From assembly GCA_963675595.2 (NCBI GenBank), contig CAXXLZ010000001.1, forward strand, positions 640,001 through 704,000: a stretch of DNA of 64,000 bases, in the 5' to 3' direction. Positions 46,142-56,840 of this stretch are shown here, piece after piece. The notes beneath the pieces were generated by a model. That model did no database searches and had not been told where the DNA came from. It saw only the letters and a list, made by a program, of their open reading frames with translations. This stretch comes from Thermodesulfobacteriota bacterium. GTDB taxonomy: Bacteria; Desulfobacterota; Desulfarculia; JACQYL01. How positions within the stretch are numbered: position 1 is the first letter of the stretch; every line of letters begins with the position of its first letter. Position numbers and translations under genes: made by a program.

Positions 46142-46176
46142 GTCGGGCGGTTCACCTTACTGCGGGGCTGCCGTTA

Positions 46177-46659
46177 TCAGGTGATGACCATCCAAAGGAA
46201 CATTCCCAACATCGCAACGGCCGCGGCAATTCTGAACAGACTACCCGCAAGTAAGCCGAGGAATGCACCCCAACCGGACCTGACGCCCTCGCCCAAAGAA
46301 CGGCCCTCCAATATCTCTCCGAAAAGGGCTCCGGCGAAGGTTCCCACCACAAGGCCCGGTAGGCTGAAAAAAATGAGCCCCAGCAGCGCGCCGATGATGG
46401 ATCCCCATACGCCCCTCTTGGATGCACCAAACCTCTTCGCGCCGAGGCTTCCCGCATAGAAATCCAACACCTGAATCAAGATGGTGAACAGACCCAGCCA
46501 CAGCATTGTCTGTAATCCATATTCCCGCCAACCGGAAGCGAATCCGTAAATCAGATAACCCAGGTAGACCAGAGGAATTCCGGGAATCATCGGGAGCAGC
46601 GTTTCCAGCGTGCCGCCGATCATGAACAACAGTGCGACGGCAAGAAAGAAGTGTTCCAT
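46177..46659 (-). CDS. DUF456-family membrane protein
   Basis: LPMIPG, AKRFGASKRG.WGSIIG, Gly-rich TM helices. Confidence 0.8.
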   Translation of the reverse strand: MEHFFLAVALLFMIGGTLETLLPMIPGIPLVYLGYLIYGFASGWREYGLQTMLWLGLFTILIQVLDFYAGSLGAKRFGASKRGVWGSIIGALLGLIFFSLPGLVVGTFAGALFGEILEGRSLGEGVRSGWGAFLGLLAGSLFRIAAAVAMLGMFLWMVIT

Positions 46660-46700
46660 ACGAGCCTCGATGTTTGTTGGTTGTCTGGAGGGAGATCAGT

Positions 46701-47111
46701 TCAAAGGCGCATGCCTCGACGGCGGATTTCTTCGAGGGCTTCGGAAAGGGGGGCGAAGACCGGTTCAGGCACTTCATCGGCATTCACCCATCGCCACTCC
46801 TCACATTTTTCCGGTTCCAGCAATTGGGGGGGGCCCTCCCCACTGTCTCCAGAGAAGAGCAGAGTGATGTAATGAATGTCCGGTCGACGAAAAACGGTGT
46901 GGGCAAAGACTAACGGTCGGAGAGGTCCCACCTGCAAACCGGTTTCCTCCAAGACTTCTCTGACGCCGCATTGGGCCGGTGTTTCGCCCGGTTCGAGACG
47001 GCCTCCGGGCAACGCCCAGGTGCCTCTTCCCAATGCACTCTTCCGCAGTCCCACAAGTATTTTGCCGTTGCGCTTAACGAACACACCGACGCCGACCAAA
47101 GGACCCTCCAA
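46701..47111 (-). CDS. NUDIX hydrolase (MutT/NUDT15-like)
   Basis: Nudix box [31 protein letters not shown]; RBS AAGGAGG with TTG start. Confidence 0.9.
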   Translation of the reverse strand: MEGPLVGVGVFVKRNGKILVGLRKSALGRGTWALPGGRLEPGETPAQCGVREVLEETGLQVGPLRPLVFAHTVFRRPDIHYITLLFSGDSGEGPPQLLEPEKCEEWRWVNADEVPEPVFAPLSEALEEIRRRGMRL

Positions 47112-47649
47112 AAGAACCTCCTTGTATGTTCTCGTTCTCGGTGGACCGACGCTTGGTTGGGCCCGTTGATGATCTATTCGCCGGAACGATCCGTCAGCTC
47201 CACTTTACCAGAAGGGAAGCCGTGATTCACGTCGGAAACCCCTTGGAGAGTCCCGCGAAGCGCCTTTGCGCGCAGGCATGCAGCCTCCCGGACGGTTTGC
47301 CGGCCTTTCTTGCCTTCAACATTCTTAACGAAACGCGTGGACGCCGGCGAAACCTTCCACCGCAGTGCATTCAAAGGCCGAGGCGCCGAAGTCGGCCGAC
47401 GCGCCCCATGGGAATGCACCTAAATCGTCTCTCTTCCACAGGGCGGCGGCTAAACCCCGCGGCGCTTTCGATTTCATTATAGTGTATGCCCATCGTGAGA
47501 TGACGAAGGAGAACCGTAACTCATTTCAGGCTCGTCGAAAGTGCGTGCCGAGGCTTTGAGGATTTTTTTCATAGGTGATTCCCTGAGAGCATGATTTCTT
47601 CGCGTACAGGGATTCCGGAATCATGCGGTTCCGGAGGAAAGGAAACGCC

Positions 47650-49110
47650 ATGAGAATTTCACGAACGATCATGTGCGCTTTGGTAGGAATCATGGTTGCC
47701 GCGCTGCTGCTGCCCGCAGGAACCAGAGCTCAGAATTCGGAGTCGGTCCCGGGGTTCACTCAAGAAGAGTTGGTGCAGATGCTTGCGCCCATTGCTTTGT
47801 ATCCGGACTCGTTGGTCGCCCGGATACTGATGGCATCCACGTATCCTTTAGAAGTCGTGGAGGCTGAGCGGTGGGTTCGCCTGCATCCGGACCTCAACGA
47901 TGACGCCCTGGACGAAGCTTTGCAGGAAATGAACTGGGATCCCAGCGTGAAATCGCTTTGTCATTTTCCGGACGTGCTTTTCGCCATGAGCGACAAGCTG
48001 GATCAGACGAGGAAGCTCGGGGATGCCTACCTGGTGCAGCAGGACGCAGTGATGGACGCCATTCAGCTATTGAGAAGGCGGGCGAGGGAGCAAGGGAACC
48101 TAAGGTCGAGCAGTGAGCTGAAGGTCGTCTACGATACCAGCTACATCAAGATTGAACCGGTGGATCCGCAAGTGGTGTATGTACCCGTGTATAATCCATT
48201 GTACGTTTACGGTCCCTGGTGGTATCCGGCTTATCCGCCTTGGCACTGGTATTATCCTCCTCATGTTGTCGTCACGGGCCCCCACATTGTGTTTGGTCCC
48301 AGAATCGTCATCGGATTGGGACTGTTCTCCTGGTGCTGGTTCGACTGGCCGACCCACCACATCTATGTGCATTACGATCGGTTACCCTATGTTCACGGAC
48401 ATTACGGCTCACCTCACCCCGGGAGACATTATTGGACGCATAATCCCATCCACAGACGGGGGGTGGCCTACAGAGACAGTAGGACTAGCGTCCGTTACGG
48501 CGGGCGAAGGCCGGAGCACTCGTCTTGGGACCGAGAGAAACGTGGATACCCTCCGGGAACCCATGAATCGAGAGTGAATGAGCCTCGGAGAGATGCAACG
48601 CAGGAACAAAGACGATCCGTCGATTCTCAACGAAACGCCCCATCGGACAAGGGACGCGGTGGTACGACTCGAGATTATTCCCCTGCGGGAACGAGCGTAT
48701 CGTCGAAACAGCGCAACCAAGAACGACAAAGGTCCATCGAACCGAGCCGGGATACGAGTTCGGGGAAAAGCCGCAGCGGTACGTCCCGGGACTCCTCTTC
48801 TACGAGAAAGGCCGTATCGTCGCATGGGGATCAAGTGGAAAGGACGAGGACGGTTACACCGACTTGGAGCGGCAGAGAGACGGACAGGAGCCGCTCCGGC
48901 ACGACTCGAGGGTCTTCGTCCTCCCGGGAGTCTTCTTTCAAAGGAATCGGCAACGGGTATTACGAACGCAAAGCCTCGGAGCGTGGGGCGCAAAGTCGAA
49001 GCGGCGGGTCGACATATGGAATCGGCAATACCGGCTCGCGCACAACCTCACCGGGAAACGGTTCGAACCAACGCGACATCGGTCGCGGAGGCGGGGGCCA
49101 TCGCCGGTAG
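47650..49110 (+). CDS. DUF3300-domain protein with low-complexity Arg/Ser/Gly tail
   Basis: LAPIALYPDSL..ILMASTYP, WDPSVKSL, IEP.DPQVVYVPVYNP. Confidence 0.88.
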   Translation: MRISRTIMCALVGIMVAALLLPAGTRAQNSESVPGFTQEELVQMLAPIALYPDSLVARILMASTYPLEVVEAERWVRLHPDLNDDALDEALQEMNWDPSVKSLCHFPDVLFAMSDKLDQTRKLGDAYLVQQDAVMDAIQLLRRRAREQGNLRSSSELKVVYDTSYIKIEPVDPQVVYVPVYNPLYVYGPWWYPAYPPWHWYYPPHVVVTGPHIVFGPRIVIGLGLFSWCWFDWPTHHIYVHYDRLPYVHGHYGSPHPGRHYWTHNPIHRRGVAYRDSRTSVRYGGRRPEHSSWDREKRGYPPGTHESRVNEPRRDATQEQRRSVDSQRNAPSDKGRGGTTRDYSPAGTSVSSKQRNQERQRSIEPSRDTSSGKSRSGTSRDSSSTRKAVSSHGDQVERTRTVTPTWSGRETDRSRSGTTRGSSSSRESSFKGIGNGYYERKASERGAQSRSGGSTYGIGNTGSRTTSPGNGSNQRDIGRGGGGHRR

Positions 49111-49163
49111 TGTCTCAAAAAGAGCGTTCGTCCTGAAAACGAAAAGTTATCGAGGGGTTTGCC

Positions 49164-50180
49164 ATGGAAAGTCCGGAGTGCCGCGGTGGTTACACAAGGG
49201 TACGGTTGGGTGTATGCGCAACACCCGCCGGAACGACGGGGAATCTGATATCTTTTTCGATCCTTGTCATCATCGGTGTCGCTTTTCTTGTTTTGGGAAA
49301 CCTTGCCGCAGCCTTGGCCGCGGAAGGGCCGTGCGGCGTTTTTTCGTCGCCGGATGAGGCGGTGAAATCGCTTGTCTACGCAGTTCGCAGCGAGAATCCG
49401 GCGGAGATCGCCGCCGTGTTGGGACCCGGGAGTGAAGAGCTGATTTCTTCCGGAGACGACGTTGCGGATCGGTCGGATCGTGAGAAGTTTCTCGGGGCAT
49501 ATGACGAAAAGCACGGCCTGCGGGAGGAATCTCCGGACAAAGCGATTCTTTATATCGGCGCCAAAGACTGGCCTATGCCCATTCCCATTGTGAAGAAGGG
49601 AACGGAATGGGTATTCGATGTATCGGAAGGGAAAGAAGAAATCCTGAACCGTAGAATAGGTCGAAACGAGTTGTATGTCATTGATGTGGTCCATGCCTAT
49701 GTGGACGCTCAGCACGAATATGCAAGCAGGGACCTCGCAGGTTCGGGGGCGGTGGAATTCGCCTCGAAACTGGCCGGCACGGAAGGGAAAAACGACGGTC
49801 TGTATTGGCCGGCGGAGGAAGGTGAACCACAAAGTCCACTAGGGCCGCTGGTGGCGCAGGCCGCTGAAGAGGGATACCCCGACGCCCGCCTATCGCCCTT
49901 TCATGGCTACTATTTTAAAATACTCAGAGAACAAGGACCGCATGCAGAGGGAGGAGCCTATAATTATGTGGTCAACGGCAGGATGATCCTCGGCTTTGCG
50001 CTGGTCGCCTATCCTGCCGAATACGGCAATTCCGGGGTCATGACGTTTACCGTAAACCAGGAGGGGGTCGTGTACCAAAAGGATTTGGGGGAAGAAACCC
50101 GGAAGGTGGCGGAAGCAATGAATGCTTTTGATCCCGACGAGAGTTGGAGCAGGGTTTCGGAAACGGGAACGCATGAATGA
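49164..50180 (+). CDS. DUF2950-domain protein
   Basis: WPMPIPIV, EEILNRRIGRNE, DGLYW, PFHGYYFKIL, YGNSGVMTF; usual partner of DUF3300; start uncertain. Confidence 0.88.
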   Translation: MESPECRGGYTRVRLGVCATPAGTTGNLISFSILVIIGVAFLVLGNLAAALAAEGPCGVFSSPDEAVKSLVYAVRSENPAEIAAVLGPGSEELISSGDDVADRSDREKFLGAYDEKHGLREESPDKAILYIGAKDWPMPIPIVKKGTEWVFDVSEGKEEILNRRIGRNELYVIDVVHAYVDAQHEYASRDLAGSGAVEFASKLAGTEGKNDGLYWPAEEGEPQSPLGPLVAQAAEEGYPDARLSPFHGYYFKILREQGPHAEGGAYNYVVNGRMILGFALVAYPAEYGNSGVMTFTVNQEGVVYQKDLGEETRKVAEAMNAFDPDESWSRVSETGTHE

Positions 50181-50323
50181 TCGAGTTCGTCACGCGCATC
50201 GGTTTGGGAGTCTGGGTCGCGGCTGCGCGTTGAAGAGGATGATCCGCGGCCGGTTGTCAAGAGTCGTGTGCTCCGCGGCGGGAGACGGATATCCGATTTA
50301 GAGCGGGAATCTGTTCAATTGAT

Positions 50324-50352
50324 TTGACAACGGTCCCGACAAGCTGTAGAGT
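50324..50352 (+). promoter_or_regulatory. Sigma70 promoter upstream of the DEAD-box helicase
   Basis: TTGACA-17 nt-TAGAGT. Confidence 0.6.
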
Positions 50353-50394
50353 CAAAAAATTAATGGCGTTCCAGGTTGTATCTAAAAAGCACGT

Positions 50395-50423
50395 AAGCCC
50401 CGGAATAAGTCCGGGGCTTTTCT
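50395..50423 (+). terminator. Intrinsic terminator-like hairpin inside the helicase 5' leader
   Basis: AAGCCCCGGA-ATAAG-TCCGGGGCTT followed by TTCT. Confidence 0.6.
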
Positions 50424-50449
50424 ATTGGAGCGCAGAAAGAAGGCACTGA

Positions 50450-51655
50450 TTGAGTTTTAAAGTATTTAATTTTAATCCCGCCGTCGAGGCGGGGGTTACG
50501 GGTGCGGGTTACAAGACCCCGACGCCGATTCAGGTCCAGGCTGTTCCGTACATCGCCGACGGCCGTGACGTGATGGGGCTTGCCCAAACCGGCACCGGCA
50601 AGACGGCGGCGTTCGTTTTACCCATACTGAATCGACTGGTAAGAAGTAAGTCGAGACATATCCGCGCCTTGATCATGGCGCCGACACGTGAACTGGCCGA
50701 ACAGATCCACCAGGCCATTGTCACTCTGGGCCGCAAAACGCGCATCAGAAGCGTCGCCGTTTATGGCGGCGTGGGAATCGATCTGCAGATCCGGAACTTG
50801 AGGCACGCCGACATCGTCGTTGCTTGTCCCGGCCGTCTTCTGGACCATATCGGACGTCGCAGCGTCAATCTTTCCCAACTGGAAGTCCTGGTTGTGGATG
50901 AAGCCGACCAGATGTTCGACATGGGATTTATTCCAGACATCAGGCGGATTCTGCAGCATATTCCTAATAAGCGCCAGACTTTGCTCTTTTCGGCCACCAT
51001 GCCCTCTGAAATCCGTCGTCTGGCCGAGGACCTATTGCATCACCCGGTTACCGTGCAAGTGGGGAACACGGCACCCGCCGATACCGTCAGCCACGCAATC
51101 TATCCCATAGCCGGACATTTGAAGACGGCCTTGCTTCTGAAACTGCTGCAGAACACCGATACCAAGTCGGTGCTGGTTTTTACTCGAACCAAGCACCGGG
51201 CCAAGAATCTGGGTAGGAGACTGATCGAGGAGGGATATCGTTCGGCGTCCCTGCAGGGGAGCCTTTCCCAGACGGGTCGACGGGCGGCGTTGGACGGGTT
51301 TCGTGACGGAAAATATCAGATTCTGGTGGCTACCGACATCGCGGCTCGCGGCATCGACGTTACCCGGATTTCCCATGTGATCAACTACGATGTACCTTCC
51401 ACTCCCGAGGCCTATATTCACCGCATCGGACGCACGGGCCGGGCGACATGCAACGGCGAAGCATTCACCTTTGCCACCGGAGAAGATAAGGACATGGTGC
51501 GCGCCATCAACCGAATCGTCGGTTCCAGCATCGAACAGCGCATCCTGTCGGATTTCAACTACGGATCAACGGCGCCTAAGCCGAGGAGCTTTACGAAATG
51601 GACGGGAAAAGGGCGAAACAAATCGTTTGAGCAGAGGTCGCCTCGTAATTCATAG
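50450..51655 (+). CDS. rhlE: DEAD-box RNA helicase (RhlE-like)
   Basis: PTPIQ, AQTGTGKT, PTRELA, DEAD, SAT, ARGID, HRIGRTGR; TTG start. Confidence 0.9.
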   Translation: MSFKVFNFNPAVEAGVTGAGYKTPTPIQVQAVPYIADGRDVMGLAQTGTGKTAAFVLPILNRLVRSKSRHIRALIMAPTRELAEQIHQAIVTLGRKTRIRSVAVYGGVGIDLQIRNLRHADIVVACPGRLLDHIGRRSVNLSQLEVLVVDEADQMFDMGFIPDIRRILQHIPNKRQTLLFSATMPSEIRRLAEDLLHHPVTVQVGNTAPADTVSHAIYPIAGHLKTALLLKLLQNTDTKSVLVFTRTKHRAKNLGRRLIEEGYRSASLQGSLSQTGRRAALDGFRDGKYQILVATDIAARGIDVTRISHVINYDVPSTPEAYIHRIGRTGRATCNGEAFTFATGEDKDMVRAINRIVGSSIEQRILSDFNYGSTAPKPRSFTKWTGKGRNKSFEQRSPRNS

Positions 51656-52261
51656 AGCCACCCATTCCCTTGCATCCGATTTCGTTCCGGATCTACCGAT
51701 AACATTCCGTTTCACCCTCCCTATAACGACATCCGATATTCGGCGTGTGTTCCGGGTTCTTTCCGACCTTTGCAGGTGATGAAGGAACCCTTCGATGATA
51801 TTGACGAAAGCGTGCTCTCTCTAGAAAATGAAGAATGGGATTTCAAATGCCGGGAAACAGGGAAAGTCCCTGGTATCCATTTCCGGCGACCCGTGAGTCG
51901 ATTGAATCGTCCGAACTGTTCACGACGCGCCTGTGGTGGGTATCCTGTCCCCGACATTTTGTGTTTCTGCCCGGTTTTGATATACTGATCCCATCGGCAC
52001 TTCTCCCTGTTTCGATTATGGATTCATCATTAATCTTTCGGGCTCGAGATTTTTCTCGGGTTTTGGCCCGGTTGGAAGCCCAAAGACCGGCTTCGAGGGC
52101 TCGTAGAGATTCTTTTCGAGAGTGCGTGACGGGGTTTTCCGCTATAATCCGCCGAGCTTCCAATAGGGCTCGAACCGGGACGGCTCTTTGTATGCGGATT
52201 CGACAGGGATAGGCCGCCGCTCTCTATCGGCCCCCATGCAAGTCTACTTGAGGCGGACACC

Positions 52262-53878
52262 ATGTCTACAAGACCGACCTATGACGACCCGGAAAAGGTA
52301 ATCGGCGAACTGAGAAGCGAATTGGCTCTGAAGGACAGAGAACTGGAAAAGTTCAAGCGTTTTGTCGAACGGTCCCAGGATGTGATCTATCGGTTCGAGA
52401 TCGATACGAGACGTTTCGTCCTTTACAACCAAGCGGGATACGAACTTTACGGGCCGAGAGACGGCAAAGATGTCACGGCACAGACGGTCTTGTTGAGCGT
52501 TCATCCGGAGGACCGAGACCGTATCCGTAAGGCTGCGCAGGAATCTTTGGCTTCCGACCGTTCCGGGGGAGAGGTGGAATACCGCCAAGTAGGCGCAGAC
52601 GGCTCCTCCCGTCTGATGCATGATCGGTGGAACGTGATTCGGAATGAGTCCGGACGACCGATTGCTTTCGAGGGCATCGTCAGAGACGTTACCGAGCGAA
52701 AACGAGCTGAAGCGGAGAGAAGTCGATTGGAGAGTCAGCTTCGCCAAGCTCAGAAAATGGAGGCCATCGGCACGCTGGCCGGGGGAATCGCTCACGATTT
52801 CAATAACATTCTGGCGGCTATGATCGGTTACACTGAACTCGCACTCGATGATATTCACGAGGCGTCGGAGGCCAGGGGGAATCTTGAGCAGGTTTTGCAC
52901 TCCGGTTTTCGGGCAAAGAAGCTGGTGCAGCAAATCCTGAGTTTCGGCAGACGAACCGACCCGGAACGAAAGGCCGTCAAGATCGGCCCCGTCATTGAAG
53001 AAGGCATGATGCTGCTGAGAGCGTCGCTTCCCACAACCATCGAGATCGAAGAAGAAGTCGAAGACAAGACGGGCACCGTGTCGGCCGATGTGACACAGAT
53101 TCATCAGTTATTAATGAACTTGTGCACCAACGCCGCTCACGCCATGCGGGAACGGGGAGGAGTTCTGACGGTTCGTCTTGATCGCGTTGACTTGGGCGAG
53201 GATGCGGCCGCCGGCTGTGTAGAATTGAGTCCCGGCGCCTATATTCGGCTCATCGTCCGAGACACGGGGGAAGGCATGGCGGCGGATATCGCGGATCGGG
53301 TGTTCGAACCGTTTTTCACCACCAAGAAAACGGGTGAAGGCACCGGCATGGGGCTGGCCGTGGTGCACGGCATCGTGAAATCTCACGGCGGTACCATAAC
53401 CGTTCATAGTGAACCTGGTCGTGGTTCCCTCTTTCGGGTCTACCTACCGCTGCTGGAAGCTGAAGCGAGTGAAACCGGCCCGGCGAGTAGACAGCCCGTT
53501 CCCAAAGGCTCGGAGCATATTCTTTTCGTGGATGACGAGAAAGCCATCGCCGATATCGGCAAACGAATGCTGGAACGCCTCGGCTATGTCGTGACCTGCA
53601 GGACCTCCAGCCCGGAGGCACTGCAGGTATTCAGAGCGGATCCTCACCGATTTCAGTTGGTCATCACCGATCAGACCATGCCCAAAATGACCGGGGTGGA
53701 CCTGGCCAAAGAGCTTCTCGAAATTCGCCCTGATATTCCCATCATTATTTGTACGGGGTTCAGCACTCGAATCTCACATCAAAGCGCCGAAGAGCTGGGC
53801 GTCAAGCGGGTTCTGATGAAGCCCCTGGCGGCTCGTGAAACGGCGGAAGCCATTCGGGAAGTGCTGGACGAAAAGTGA
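52262..53878 (+). CDS. PAS-domain hybrid sensor histidine kinase
   Basis: PAS (VHPEDR), AHDFNN H-box, NLCTNA, DTGEG, FFTTK, GTGMGL, C-terminal REC domain. Confidence 0.93.
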   Translation: MSTRPTYDDPEKVIGELRSELALKDRELEKFKRFVERSQDVIYRFEIDTRRFVLYNQAGYELYGPRDGKDVTAQTVLLSVHPEDRDRIRKAAQESLASDRSGGEVEYRQVGADGSSRLMHDRWNVIRNESGRPIAFEGIVRDVTERKRAEAERSRLESQLRQAQKMEAIGTLAGGIAHDFNNILAAMIGYTELALDDIHEASEARGNLEQVLHSGFRAKKLVQQILSFGRRTDPERKAVKIGPVIEEGMMLLRASLPTTIEIEEEVEDKTGTVSADVTQIHQLLMNLCTNAAHAMRERGGVLTVRLDRVDLGEDAAAGCVELSPGAYIRLIVRDTGEGMAADIADRVFEPFFTTKKTGEGTGMGLAVVHGIVKSHGGTITVHSEPGRGSLFRVYLPLLEAEASETGPASRQPVPKGSEHILFVDDEKAIADIGKRMLERLGYVVTCRTSSPEALQVFRADPHRFQLVITDQTMPKMTGVDLAKELLEIRPDIPIIICTGFSTRISHQSAEELGVKRVLMKPLAARETAEAIREVLDEK

Positions 53879-53912
53879 TGAACCTCCAGAATGCATTTGC
53901 CGCATCGGTCTA

Positions 53913-55442
53913 CTAACCCTCCCATTTGATTGAGTACAGGTCTTTGCGGCGGCTTTCCAGATTTCGAACACTGCCGTGTTTGCGGAGTTCTTTTAGAAGG
54001 TCAAGATCAACGTCGGCCAGCAGCGTCATTTCCGTGTTGGGGGTTGCTTCGGCCGCCACGGCGTCATGAGGAAACGCAAAGTCCGAGGGCGTGAATATGG
54101 CGGCCTGAGAATACTGGATGTCCATGTTTTCAACATTGGGCAGATTGCCCACACTGCCGGAAATGGCCACATAGCATTCATTCTCAATGGCCCGAGCTTG
54201 GGCGCAGCGCCGAATGCGAAGATAGGCGTTCTTCGTATCCGTCCAAAAAGGCACCAAAAGAATCTGCATACCCTGATCCGCGAGGAGCCGGGACAGTTCC
54301 GGGAACTCGATGTCGTAACAAATCAGGATGCCGATTTTCCCCACGTCCGTTTGGAACACCCGCAGGTCCCGCCCTCCCTGTAATCCCCAGTACTCGGACT
54401 CATCGGGCGTGATGTGCAGTTTGTACTGTGAACTCCAGGTGCCGTCCCGTCTGCAGATGAAAGAGACGTTGAAAAGCTTTCCGTCGTTGAGTTCGGGCAG
54501 GCTGCCGGCAACGATGTTGATGTTGTAGCTCACGGCCATTTTCAGTATTTCGTCCCTGAGATGGTCCGTGTGTTCGGCCAGTGACCGGACGGCCGAAGGC
54601 GGGTCTTCCCGTCCGTAGTTCGCAAGGAGCGGGGCGTTGAACAGCTCGGGAAAGAGCAGTAAATCCGCATTATAACCGGAAACGGTATCCACGAAAAATT
54701 CCACTTGGCGGAGCAGGTCGTCGAAAGATTCGAGAGCCCGCATTTGCCATTGCACCACGCTCAGGCGCGCGTTCGACTTGCGTCCCCATACGATTTTCTT
54801 TTTGCTTTCGTAAAAGATGTTGTTCCATTCGAGGAACACGGCGTGGCTTCTGGATTGGCTGTCTTCGGGAATGTAATTGGGAATTACTCGTTTGGGATGG
54901 AAGTCGTTGGATAACTGGAAGGTCAGCACCTGATCGACGATTTCCTTGTTGCGCACTTTTTCGATGTATTGCCCCGGCGTCAATTCCTGGTGATATTTTG
55001 AGTATCCCGGAATTCGTCCGCCCACGATGATGCCTTTGAGGTTCAACTGCTCGCACAGTTCTTTCCTCGCATCGTAGAGGCGGCGTCCCAGCCGCATTCC
55101 CCGGTAGTCCTCGTGCACGAAAACGTCAATACCGTATAGATAGTCTCCTTCCGGGTCATGCTTGTCGAACCTTCCACGGGAAACGATGTCTTCGTAGGAA
55201 TGGTTTCGTTCAAGGTTCGCGTACTCAACAATCAAGGTCAACGCCGCTGCGACCACGGTTCCTTTGTCCTCTATGCATATCTGGCCCTCCGGAAAGACCG
55301 ACAGAAGGGTCGAGAATTCCTCCAGGGTCCAGGCGCCTCCCATGTTGGAATAGGCCTGTTTCATAATGATTTTAACGTCGTCGTGATCCGTGATGTGCAG
55401 ATTGCGGGTTTCGAGTCTGTGTTTGCTGGTTTCGAATTCCAT
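53913..55442 (-). CDS. Bifunctional GNAT acetyltransferase / carbon-nitrogen hydrolase
   Basis: VHEDYRGMRLGRRLY (GNAT); FPE, YKLH, ICYDIEFPE nitrilase-family triad; RBS GAGGGAG. Confidence 0.9.
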   Translation of the reverse strand: MEFETSKHRLETRNLHITDHDDVKIIMKQAYSNMGGAWTLEEFSTLLSVFPEGQICIEDKGTVVAAALTLIVEYANLERNHSYEDIVSRGRFDKHDPEGDYLYGIDVFVHEDYRGMRLGRRLYDARKELCEQLNLKGIIVGGRIPGYSKYHQELTPGQYIEKVRNKEIVDQVLTFQLSNDFHPKRVIPNYIPEDSQSRSHAVFLEWNNIFYESKKKIVWGRKSNARLSVVQWQMRALESFDDLLRQVEFFVDTVSGYNADLLLFPELFNAPLLANYGREDPPSAVRSLAEHTDHLRDEILKMAVSYNINIVAGSLPELNDGKLFNVSFICRRDGTWSSQYKLHITPDESEYWGLQGGRDLRVFQTDVGKIGILICYDIEFPELSRLLADQGMQILLVPFWTDTKNAYLRIRRCAQARAIENECYVAISGSVGNLPNVENMDIQYSQAAIFTPSDFAFPHDAVAAEATPNTEMTLLADVDLDLLKELRKHGSVRNLESRRKDLYSIKWEG

Positions 55443-56017
55443 TGCTCCCTCAGGTCGGGCTGGGGGGTTGTCGTTGCGAGGGCGCGTGTAGCGTCGGCCC
55501 GGATCTTCATCGGGCGCGGATTGGGACGAGCCCTTTCCTCTATGCCGTGTTCGAGTATGAATGGTGAAGACCCTGTTTATCAACCTGTTCCGGCGGAGGT
55601 AACCGTAACCCAATGCGGGTCCCTTCGCTCGTCGGCCCTAGCGAACGGACTGCGCGGTGAACCAATAGGAGCGGGGGCGGTAATCCCTATTTTTCAAGGA
55701 GTCGGGTCGCGTCGCAAAAAGAAATGTGCGCCTCTGCGGCCCAACAACCCGGCTTCCCGCTTCTATGCTACGGTTCCCGAGTGCCGGATTTTCACCGGAT
55801 CTGGTTGAAATAAGAGAAGTCGGCCGTAATGGTGCGTGTGAGGAATCAAGCGGTTCCCGCGATTCCCGTCCTAAGCACGTTCAATACGAGTACTCGGCTT
55901 CTTCGGCTGGACGAGACTACCGGGTGATTTTTTCGACGCCGGTGGCCGGCGATGCCGGGAGTGGCTAGATTGGTACATTAGAACAATTCCACAATATCCA
56001 ACATCAGGAGATCGAGC

Positions 56018-56506
56018 ATGAAGGCAAAGACGAAGTTGGGACTTATCGGGTTGATGCTGGGCATCGCGGCAATGGCGACGGGGCCGGTTTATGCGGGTTT
56101 CGGGCAAGGTCCCGTACATACTCGCGGTCCCATGTATGGTGACATCGCAGATTTCGAACTTATCACGTTCGACGGCACGGTGGATTACGTTCAGCCGCCC
56201 ATTCTGATCGTTACCGATGAGCAGACCATACAATGGACGATGTATGCGGGTAATGCGTTCTACTGGGAGGATCAGGGGTACACCATGGATGTCGGCGACT
56301 CCGTAACCGTTGTCGGTGCCGCGGTCATGTATAACTCCGGCCTCGGTGGAGGAGGTATGCACGGTGGGAGCGGATTCACATCGGATGGAACCTCCACCCA
56401 CTTTGTGCTGTTTTCCGTTGACGACCACACCACCGGCCAAACGATGCAGTTCAGGGATCCGGACACGGGTGTCCCCCTATGGAGTCATTTTGGGTCGCGG
56501 CAATAG
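56018..56506 (+). CDS. Secreted hypothetical protein, probable OB-like fold
   Basis: RBS AGGAG, signal peptide, G..FYW..QG..M.VGDSVTVVG and FRDPDTGVPLW. Confidence 0.75.
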   Translation: MKAKTKLGLIGLMLGIAAMATGPVYAGFGQGPVHTRGPMYGDIADFELITFDGTVDYVQPPILIVTDEQTIQWTMYAGNAFYWEDQGYTMDVGDSVTVVGAAVMYNSGLGGGGMHGGSGFTSDGTSTHFVLFSVDDHTTGQTMQFRDPDTGVPLWSHFGSRQ

Positions 56507-56840
56507 GCAAAGACGTCCATTGGGAAGGTTTCCCGCACGCACGATGGTGGGAACCGTGGTCGTGGCCCTGAGACGTTTCCCGGACTGCGTTTCAGAAGGC
56601 CCCCCGGGAAAAAACATCTACTTTCAGCCCCGGCTGATTCCTGCAGGTCGGAGCTGTTGGATGAGCGGTGAACTGCGAAGCCGTGAAAATAAGTGGCTGC
56701 CCGTCATTCCAAGGGGTAATCGGGCGGACCTTGCACAATCCTGAGAGCCGGCGTGCTGTTTTGTGGTGTCGCCGAAAGGAGACAGGCCGACCGCAGCAGC
56801 GGTCGGCCCGTCTCAAGAGGCGCTGGACGCGGTAAACGGG

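Noticed and set aside
47174-47419. c-di-GMP-I riboswitch-like GGCAAAC...CGCAAAG on the minus strand, or an HMA-domain remnant
   Set aside because: Spacing and stem pairing do not fit the riboswitch, and the ORF has no CxxC motif; too weak without an Rfam or HMM scan.
48480-49110. Repetitive Arg/Ser/Gly-rich DNA as a possible repeat array or CRISPR
   Set aside because: It is the low-complexity coding tail of the DUF3300 protein, with no fixed repeat-spacer period.
51656-52261. Short ORFs between the helicase and the sensor kinase
   Set aside because: Overlapping, motif-free ORFs on both strands; most likely intergenic.
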